Positions 55,998-64,000 of a stretch of DNA of 64,000 nt are shown piece by piece. The position numbers and the translations under genes were made by a program. Below the pieces are notes generated by a model, which was not told the DNA's origin, ran no database searches, and saw nothing but the letters and a program-made list of their open reading frames with translations. The DNA lies in the NCBI RefSeq assembly GCF_027921745.1, contig NC_079238.1, forward strand, positions 434,001 through 498,000. The letters are read 5' to 3'. The stretch's first letter is position 1. Every line of letters begins with the position of its first letter. Source of the DNA: Schizosaccharomyces osmophilus. Taxonomy: Eukaryota.

Positions 55998-56711
55998 ATG
56001 AGTTTCGACTCAAGTCAGGAAACAGAAAAGAAGGTGCTTAAATCTGCTACAGAAGCAGGAACATTTTTATCCCAAATTGACAAGCGTTGGGAGCGATTGG
56101 TTCAATTAGTGGGCGACTATCGACCTGTATTAAAACATCCGTCCAAAGAGCCCTACGAAGAATTGATTCAAGCAGTTGCGGGCCAGCAGTTGCACAAAAA
56201 AGCAGCCGACACTATATATGAAAGGTTCAGAAAGTTAGGAACCGATGGCCACTTCCCTTCTCCTCAAAAGATATTAGAAATAGAATCCGAGACTTTACGA
56301 TCTTGTGGATTTTCTGCTAGAAAGGCCGAAACCATACGAAGCATTGCAGAAGCAACTCTTACTGGAATCGTACCGTCAAGAAAAGCAGCAGAGGCACTAT
56401 CGGATGATGAATTAGTCGAACAATTGACAAAAATTAAAGGAATTGGTCGATGGACGGTGGAGATGCTACTAATTTTTTCACTCAATCGACCAGATATCAT
56501 GCCAGCAGATGACCTGATCATCCGGAATGGATTTAGATATTTACACAACTTAAAAAGCGTACCTACCAAAAAATATGTTTTAGAGCAAAGTGAAATTTGC
56601 GCTCCATATCGGTCAGTCGCCGCTTGGTATCTTTGGAAGACTGCAAAGCTACCTGACTATGTGAAAGTGAATTCCAAGCTCTCAAAACTCAAACGTTCTG
56701 AGACTTTGTAG
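55998..56711 (+). CDS. mag1: 3-methyladenine DNA glycosylase (AlkA/HhH-GPD)
   Basis: QQLH..AA motif, HhH LTKIKGIGRWTVEM, catalytic PADD and PYRS..AWYLW. Confidence 0.9.
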   Translation: MSFDSSQETEKKVLKSATEAGTFLSQIDKRWERLVQLVGDYRPVLKHPSKEPYEELIQAVAGQQLHKKAADTIYERFRKLGTDGHFPSPQKILEIESETLRSCGFSARKAETIRSIAEATLTGIVPSRKAAEALSDDELVEQLTKIKGIGRWTVEMLLIFSLNRPDIMPADDLIIRNGFRYLHNLKSVPTKKYVLEQSEICAPYRSVAAWYLWKTAKLPDYVKVNSKLSKLKRSETL

Positions 56712-56920
56712 TTGTGCTTTCTAAAGATAATTTTTATTTATTTATTTTTTCGCTCTTTGCATAAAACTGGCCCATAATTCTTGAACTCTGCTAAAACGTT
56801 TTTCTTTCTGGGTAAACAAAATCGATTTATTATCTTGTGAAAACTCGTGTTGGTAAATATATATAACATCAGATTCATAAAATATTCATAAATCAAAAAA
56901 CCTACATGGCCAAACGTGCT

Positions 56921-58108
56921 TTAGTAAAGGTTTTCCGCGGATTGAACAAGAGGAGTCTTTACAAACAGGCCAACAATATCGTAAAAGATATTCGCAGCAG
57001 TCATCGTAGTCAAATCGGCAACATCGTAGGAAGGAGAAACTTCTACGATATCAGCGCCAACGAAGTTTAGCCCATCCAATCCACGAATGATTTCCGTGAA
57101 CTCACGAGAAGACCATCCAGCAATTTCCGGTGTTCCTGTGGCAGGAGCATAAGCAGGATCTAATGTATCAATGTCAATTGACAGATACACCAAATTATCT
57201 TGAACGCGATCGCGGATTTTCTTTACGATACCCTCTACACCAATTTTGTCAATTTCACGAGCCTCAATGACTTGGAATCCACAGCTCGCATCATCCTCAT
57301 AGTCCTTCAAGCCAGAAAGGGGACTACGGATTCCGGCATGAATGTTTGCATCCTTGCTCAGTACACCTTCCTTACTAGCCCAGTAGAAGTATGTTCCGTG
57401 ATTGAGGCCATCGTTATCGATACCGTCTCCAAGTACACCTGGTTTCCATGTATCCAAATGGCTATCAAAGTGAATGACCGAAATAGGCCTGTCGTAAACG
57501 CGACTTAAAGCTCGAAGGATGGGAAGTACGATGGTGTGGTCTCCACCCATGGTTAAAAGACGTGGCAGCACAGTCCCATTTCCGGCGTAACCTTCATGAT
57601 CCGTAAAGGAGGTGGGCTTCCTAGCAAGCAAGTGATAATAGCCTTCTTCCAATTCATCCATGGCATTCGGGATATGATAGTTCGTCATGGGCACATCTCC
57701 ACAGTCTACAACTTTTGCCCATGATTGAAAGGGATACACGTCTAGCGGGACATTGTACAGTGCAGGACCGAGACGGCGTGATCCTTCCCGGATACCGCTG
57801 GGTCCAAAGCGAGCTCCAGGTCGATAGCTAGTCCCCATGTCAAAAGGTGCGCCTACGAATGCAATGTCATAATCAATGCCACGACTAGCCAAGCAATTTG
57901 GAGAAGGCAGATGTCCAAAAGTAGTAATTCCTGAATACAACGTTTGGACTTTGGGTATATATGCATCATCATCGTCGTAATTATAGTATTCCTCCGCTAA
58001 GGAATAAAATGGTTTTTGTTCATTCGAACCACCAAACTTTTTAGCATTCGCAACTCCTAAATGAAGTGTTACAACGTACAAAAAGCTTCTTAGAATTGCA
58101 GTTATCAT
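56921..58108 (-). CDS. Agmatinase / ureohydrolase with N-terminal signal peptide
   Basis: GAPFD..YRPGARFGP, GGDH, HFDSHLD and SIDIDTLDPAYAPATGTPE Mn-binding motifs. Confidence 0.92.
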   Translation of the reverse strand: MITAILRSFLYVVTLHLGVANAKKFGGSNEQKPFYSLAEEYYNYDDDDAYIPKVQTLYSGITTFGHLPSPNCLASRGIDYDIAFVGAPFDMGTSYRPGARFGPSGIREGSRRLGPALYNVPLDVYPFQSWAKVVDCGDVPMTNYHIPNAMDELEEGYYHLLARKPTSFTDHEGYAGNGTVLPRLLTMGGDHTIVLPILRALSRVYDRPISVIHFDSHLDTWKPGVLGDGIDNDGLNHGTYFYWASKEGVLSKDANIHAGIRSPLSGLKDYEDDASCGFQVIEAREIDKIGVEGIVKKIRDRVQDNLVYLSIDIDTLDPAYAPATGTPEIAGWSSREFTEIIRGLDGLNFVGADIVEVSPSYDVADLTTMTAANIFYDIVGLFVKTPLVQSAENLY

Positions 58109-58797
58109 CTTTTGTTCTTTCTTCCACTCTACAATTCAACCAACGACCAATTTTGGAAAACAGTTGCTTTATAGTATATTCTATGTTCGTTTTCAGGATT
58201 CTATTTCATTTTATCCTTTCATTTCCCCATTAATCTACCCGCATTCATCCTCGATATTACCTCCGTGGAATTCATGATTATCACCACCAAACATCCACGG
58301 TGCCTTTCACCGTAAATCCCACCTTTTCGGCGTATTTTGTTACATAGTTCCACGCAAACAAACACTATTACATCTTTAGATAAATATCATAAGACAAAGA
58401 AATAACAAAAATCGACGTTAGATGTTAGAATGGATAACCATGTCAACAATGAAATGGTAAAGGTTATTACGGCCTGCTTTTATGCCTCTACATTTGACTA
58501 CCAACAAAGGACGAAAACTTCGGTATCAAATATCTGTCTTGAGACTTTATCAAGTGTGCTTGCTTGTAAGTAGATAACTATATAAGGGATAAAAGTAGGA
58601 GGTTTCTTTGACGTTCTAAAACAGGTTTCACTTGATTGACTTTTAAACCTTGATTTGTCAATTCCAATCTATAAACAAGTCAGGTTAAGACTTGAGTTTG
58701 TCGAAATCAGTGGAACGTGTCTTTTCTTATATCCTTTGGATATTATTTGAGCTAGCCAGGTGTTGCTTTCGTTCAAAGATTAGAATTCCAATTAACG

Positions 58798-60565
58798 ATG
58801 ACTTCCCTCCTCGAAAAAGACCAAAAGGTCCCGGCGGTTGAAGTCACCAAGGAAGCGGTCTCTGTCAATAGTCCTGGATTAAAAGACGTCGAGCTTGGAG
58901 AATCAGTTGCTTTGGCTGATGATGATAAAATGCTTATGAGCCTGGGCTACAAACCCGTCTTCCAACGTAAATTCTCTTACTTGAGTGTCTTTGGTCAGTC
59001 TTTCGGTGCAATGGGCCTTTGGTACGTATCTATCTTGTCTTCTTTCTCCTTTCTAACCCTTTTCTCTCAAGCCCCTCCATTTCTGGCTCCCTCATATTCG
59101 CCATGAATTGTGGTTCTGGCGGTATGGTCTGGTCTTGGTTCTTGGGATGTTTTTGCTTGCTTCCCGTTGCCATTTCTATGAGTGAACTAGCCTCCTCAAT
59201 GCCTACTTCCGGTAGCTTATATTACTGGATAGCCAAACTTTCTCCCAAAAAGTACCGAGCATTCCTTAGTTGGCTATTGGGTTATGTGAGTATGCTTGCT
59301 TATGGTACCGGCTTCGCTTCCACCGTCTATGCTGCTTCTTCTCTTCTGATAGCTACCATTTCCGTTGGGAATTCTGGTTTTTCCCCTACAAAGTATGAAC
59401 AGTATGGTATCTATATTGCTTTCAGTATCGCTTGTTCTTTCCTCATTGCTATGCCGACAAATTACCTAGCCCATTTCAACAAGTTTTGTGTGTTTTTCCA
59501 GATTTCCACCGCCTTGATCATTATCATCAGTCTTGCAGCTTCCTCTAATTCCCATACCCGGACGAGCGCCAGTTACATCTTTACCAATTTTCATAATTAC
59601 TCAAGCTGGAAAAACACGGGCTGGGCATTCATCATGTCTTTTACCACTCCAGTATGGGTTGTTTCGGGGTTTGAGTCATGCGCTACCGTTGCTGAGGAAG
59701 CTACAAATCCTTCTGTGGCCGCCCCAATTGCTCTTATATCTAGTTTATCGGCAGCTTTGGTTTTGGGTTTTTGCGTTATGGTTACCATTTGCGCTACCAT
59801 GGGGTTTGACTTTGAAGCCATTATGAATAGTACTACAGGAGAGCCCGTCATACAAGTTTTGTTAAACAACCTGGGAGTTAATGGTTGTCTTGGGGTATCT
59901 TCTGTTTTGATCGTTGCTCTTTGCTTAAACTGCTCTTGTTTGGTACGTCGATAGTCTTTGCCTTGCAAACCTTTCACCCAGCCCTTTTCTCATCTTCTAA
60001 CGTTTTAGTGTGTCGGAGCAACAAGAGAAGTCTTTGCCTTTTCCAGAGATGGTGGCCTTCCAGCTAGTAAATATCTTTCAAAAATCACTTCAAAAGGTGT
60101 CCCGATTAATGCAATCATCGGGGTGGACATATACGCTATCTTGATTGGCTTGCTTATGTTGGTGAATGAAGCAGCGATCTCTTCCGTTTTTAACTTGGCT
60201 ATCATTGCTCTGTTTGTTGTTTATTCCTTACCTTTTTTGGCAAGAATTTTATTTGATCGCCTTAAACCAGGTACGTACTTTATTTTAGCCTTTTTACTAA
60301 CTTTGCAACTGGTAAATTCTATTGTGGAAAGTTTAGTAAACCGCTAGCAATTTATTCGGTTGCTTGGCTATGGTTTATAGCTATAATGTTGTTTTTCCCA
60401 AGCTACGAACATCCAAACCAAATGGAAATGAACTGGGCTATCGTTGTTTTCGTATTTCTTTGCCTAGTTTGTATTGTATATTATTATTTCCCTAAATATG
60501 GAGGTAAGACATTCTTTCAGGGACCGGTGAAAACAACTGAAAGCGATGAAGAGCCCTATTACTAA
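58798..60565 (+). CDS. APC-family amino acid/polyamine permease; introns 59022-59071, 59943-60008 and an anomalous 60271-60311
   Basis: LGYKPVFQRKFS, ELASSMPTSGSLYYW, AEEATNP, FAFSRDGGLP and EMNWAIVV..FQGP motifs. The third intron lacks a frame-preserving proximal AG. Confidence 0.85.
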
Positions 60566-60944
60566 TCTTTTTTCTTTTTTCTTTTTTCTTCTTTCTTTCT
60601 TCTTTTGAACTTAAGACTTGTTTGTGTATTTACGTTTTTATGCTCATTTCTTAATGTCTATACCCATTTGATATACGCTTATAAAAGTTTAAATTAATCC
60701 TCTCTATTCTATTCTTTTACTGTTTATGCATATTGTTGTTATTTTCAGCGACGCATGGTACGGTATATTTAGGCGAAATTAGCCAAACAATTGCAAGTTA
60801 TTTAATTTCATACAACTCGTGCTTATAGTAACTAAAAAAAATAACCACATGTAAACTCCAAAAAAATAAAATAATAGTAAAACCCCAAGTATTATGTACA
60901 GATATCCCATCCGAAGTCAAAAGACAAATAAATAAATAAATAAG

Positions 60945-62732
60945 TTAAATCAAGAAATTGGTCAACTCGAAAGCATCCGCAGTAAACGCAGGTTGTAACG
61001 CAATATAATGCTCAGCGGCATGAATAAAATTCTCAGTAACTGAAGCGAGCTTCTCAGCTAATTGTCCATTGAGGTCTCGCATTTTAAGAAAAAACTTATA
61101 GACGGCATACATACGGTTTAAATCTTCTAGGAGTTGATCAGGATTATTTTCCTTTCCGCTCACTGTGCTAGAAAACAATGTTATGAAAGGGGTAAAGGGA
61201 TTATAGAGAAATATCCAAAGGTAGCAAACGTTTTTGGAAATAGGATCTAGCACCACGAAAAAGTTCTTGAGAACATCAACAGCTTTCCGAGCCGTTTCTA
61301 AGCAAATACTGGAACCTTCTTCAGTATCGTTCAACCTTTGCAGAAATATGACGGTGTTGCAATATGAAAGATAGATTTCTATACACGCTGAAAAAAGTCT
61401 CTGATCATCGCTATTTAGAGTAAAGAAGATGTTCTCATTCTTGCTTAGACTCTCAAAATAGTTTCGGATTCCCAAAGGTAAAGAACTTTGCCAATGTTGC
61501 ATCTTTTCAAAGATAGTCCAAATTACCTTCAGACGTGTACCCTCAACAGAAGGTGTATTACTACTATAAAGCTTGGAGCGAATTTCATTCTTCAAAATTG
61601 TCAATGAAATTTCTGCAATGAAAATAATATCCCCATGATATATGTTTGGATATAAAGGCTCTTTGTTGGTGTCGGGATACCCGCAGTCAATGTCCATATC
61701 ACTTAAAACAGAAGGAGTGCCAAAGACTAAAGAAGTCGTTATCTCGAAAACATAGCAAACCCAAAATATTCGCCGATAAAGTTCGGCAGACCTTTTGGGC
61801 ACCTTCAAAGTTGAGCTAGCGCGATGTAAATTCAAATCTCGAATCATTAGACATGCTTGACCACAAAGGGCTTTACACAACGTAAAAAGTGATAAATGAG
61901 CAGTGAACTGAATCATAATGACAAGTGCTTGAATCTTTTCCACGTGAGGTATCAAAAAAAATCCAGGCTTCTGAATTAAATACCAGGATGCACAGAAAAA
62001 GGATTCAGCAACCTTTTGATCATCTTCCATTTTGCTTCTCGAAACCGCCAACGCAAGTATAGCATAAAACGATACCAACCATACACCCTTTGTGTGGTTT
62101 GGATCCACATATAATTTGTGTAGTTCGGCCATAAAGTCATTTTCGTAAAATATCGGCCACCAACAGTTAATATAGCGAAAGTACCACTGAATGCGAGCAA
62201 CAGCCCATTCATGCTCAGGTACATCAGGAAAGTCCTTATCCCAACTAGGGAAAGAATGAGCAAACAAGTCATCAATATTTGTATCTGAAGGAGATAATTT
62301 GAATAGCTTGGAATATTCCTGTAATTTATTATCAACTAATGAGCTAGCGTCTCGAATTTGGGATATCAATGAGGGAAAATCCCGAGTTCGGAATCTACTA
62401 GGCGGCTTATAAGAATCCTCAGCAAGGTTCAACAACCTGTCCAGCTTATCCTCAACATTTCGAAGGCGAACATGAAGTGAATAATTATCCTTTGTATCAG
62501 GAGATGCGCTAACATCGTAACTAGGACTATCCTCCGATTCAAGTGAAGGCAGCCGAGTCTTCGCTTGTGCATCATTTTTCATTTTGAGACTATACCGCTT
62601 CAGTCTCTTTGAATAGTGACATACTTCATTGTAGACCAAACAATTTTGACACCTGGGAAGCTCACGATTACATCGAATCTTTTTCCTCCGGCAAAAGTCA
62701 CAAGCTTTCTTGGGTTTTTCGACGCCGTCCAT
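60945..62732 (-). CDS. toe3: Zn(II)2Cys6 transcription factor (Toe3-like)
   Basis: ACDFCRRKKIRCNRELPRCQNCLVYNEVC cluster and fungal TF middle domain (RRIFWVCYVFE). The name is from recalled synteny. Confidence 0.8.
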   Translation of the reverse strand: MDGVEKPKKACDFCRRKKIRCNRELPRCQNCLVYNEVCHYSKRLKRYSLKMKNDAQAKTRLPSLESEDSPSYDVSASPDTKDNYSLHVRLRNVEDKLDRLLNLAEDSYKPPSRFRTRDFPSLISQIRDASSLVDNKLQEYSKLFKLSPSDTNIDDLFAHSFPSWDKDFPDVPEHEWAVARIQWYFRYINCWWPIFYENDFMAELHKLYVDPNHTKGVWLVSFYAILALAVSRSKMEDDQKVAESFFCASWYLIQKPGFFLIPHVEKIQALVIMIQFTAHLSLFTLCKALCGQACLMIRDLNLHRASSTLKVPKRSAELYRRIFWVCYVFEITTSLVFGTPSVLSDMDIDCGYPDTNKEPLYPNIYHGDIIFIAEISLTILKNEIRSKLYSSNTPSVEGTRLKVIWTIFEKMQHWQSSLPLGIRNYFESLSKNENIFFTLNSDDQRLFSACIEIYLSYCNTVIFLQRLNDTEEGSSICLETARKAVDVLKNFFVVLDPISKNVCYLWIFLYNPFTPFITLFSSTVSGKENNPDQLLEDLNRMYAVYKFFLKMRDLNGQLAEKLASVTENFIHAAEHYIALQPAFTADAFELTNFLI

Positions 62733-63298
62733 CTGTGAGTTTGCAATTGTTTTATTCTCTACAATTGAGATTCCAATGAATCTAATTCTTAAAATCTAAG
62801 AGAACATACGCTAAAGTGTTTCGTTCGGTAGTGTATGGGTATTAGTAAAATTTCGTGAACATTTAGCAAATCGTAATATGAAGATTAATGTTCAGAAGCA
62901 AGGAAACGTAGGTAAATTCATTAAATATTCTAATTAATTTGAATATCGATCATATATAAAATTTTTCAATAATAAACACAAGGGCCTTCCAACAAAAACA
63001 AGAAATGTACTTGGAAGGACACCCTAAATTACTCAAACTGAATGAGAGAACCAAAAAGCATAAAGAAGATTATAAGTTTTATTAATTTTGGTCATTCATG
63101 TACTCAACCATGCTACGGCATTCTTAAAGATGGCAAAGAAAGCAAATCATTCTAATATTTCATGGACCATGAAATCTAAGCTTTTGATATTTTCCTCTAT
63201 TCTTGTTCAATTTCTTTTGATCAAAGCGAATTGTATCATAATGAACCGTGCATGTCAACAAAGATCATTGCAGGGGAATTCCCAGGTCGCCGACACGC

Positions 63299-64000
63299 TT
63301 ACCAAGATGAAACCTTCATGCTTCCTTTTTCAAGAAAAGACGTATGCATATTAAATGCTTTATCCAAAAGGACGGGCTCGTGCCCCATCTTTCTTTTTAG
63401 ACAAGCAGATTCTGCCAAAGTAAAATAATCCATCAGGATGGGACGGTAAACAGGATGAGCACAATTTTTGATGACTTTTATTGCTCTTTCTCTCGGGGAG
63501 AGACCACGAAGGTCTGCTAACCCTTGTTCCGTGACGACAATATCAATATCATGTTCTGTATGATCGACGTGTGTCACTTTAGGAACTATGGTAGAGATAC
63601 CGGTTGGATCTGTCTTGGACGGTCTTACAGAGGGAGTGTGCATAATGCTAAGCTTTGCATTTCTCATAAAATCTCCAGAACCTCCAATGCCGTTGAGCAT
63701 CCGACTTCCCATTACACAGGTACTGTTCACATGCCCGTACAAGTCCACTTCCACAGGGGTATTCAGCGAAATGCATCCCAAACGTCGAATTATCTCTGGG
63801 CTATTGGTGATTGCTTGAGGACGGAGAGTCACTCGTTCTTTGTAAAAGTCCCACTCTCTGTAAAAGTTTTCCAGTTCTTGGGGTGAGAAACGAAGAGACA
63901 TGGACGATGCGTACTGAACAGTGCCTGACTTTAGCAAATCCAAAAACGCATCTTGTAAAACTTCAGTCCAAACTTGAAGATTTCGGAAAGAAGAATTACC
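63299..64000 (-). CDS. ach1: Acetyl-CoA hydrolase/CoA-transferase, 3' part (gene starts beyond the window)
   Basis: [35 protein letters not shown] and [18 protein letters not shown] motifs. Confidence 0.92.
   Translation of the reverse strand, partial: GNSSFRNLQVWTEVLQDAFLDLLKSGTVQYASSMSLRFSPQELENFYREWDFYKERVTLRPQAITNSPEIIRRLGCISLNTPVEVDLYGHVNSTCVMGSRMLNGIGGSGDFMRNAKLSIMHTPSVRPSKTDPTGISTIVPKVTHVDHTEHDIDIVVTEQGLADLRGLSPRERAIKVIKNCAHPVYRPILMDYFTLAESACLKRKMGHEPVLLDKAFNMHTSFLEKGSMKVSSW

Noticed and set aside
1..64000. LTRs, Tf-like retrotransposons, wtf genes, 5S rDNA, spliceosomal snRNAs, CRISPR-like arrays
   Set aside because: None recognisable by eye: no RT/integrase ORF, no 5S sequence, no repeat-spacer array. 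A highly decayed solo LTR cannot be excluded without a search.

Overview
Gene-dense, AT-rich eukaryotic DNA from a fission yeast. Short GT..CTAAC..AG introns, protein sequences and gene order point to a Schizosaccharomyces of the octosporus/cryophilus/osmophilus group rather than S. pombe; the exact species cannot be told from sequence alone. The window holds 2 tRNAs and about 30 protein genes. From recalled S. pombe annotation (not searched here), the order follows chromosome I: rpl41, dph3, msh3, the SPAC8F11 and SPACUNK4 blocks, tricalbin, eft2. An apparently inverted SPAPB24D3-like block follows (DUF1749, mag1, agmatinase, permease, toe3), then a partial acetyl-CoA hydrolase. I found no transposon, CRISPR or rRNA, and no novel multi-gene system I can firmly support. 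The most unusual signals are at the splicing/RNA level: (1) a 361-nt leader intron of a hydrolase gene with a TAG-TAG acceptor choosing between a stop and an in-frame N-terminal extension, and containing stem-loops; (2) a permease intron whose frame-preserving acceptor is TG instead of AG; (3) a stop-containing tandem acceptor in cdc24; (4) candidate UTR introns and a spliced uORF around brr6. There are also two degraded ORF-like remnants, several enzymes with altered catalytic motifs and candidate regulatory palindromes. Gene names are ortholog calls from recognition, not database hits.
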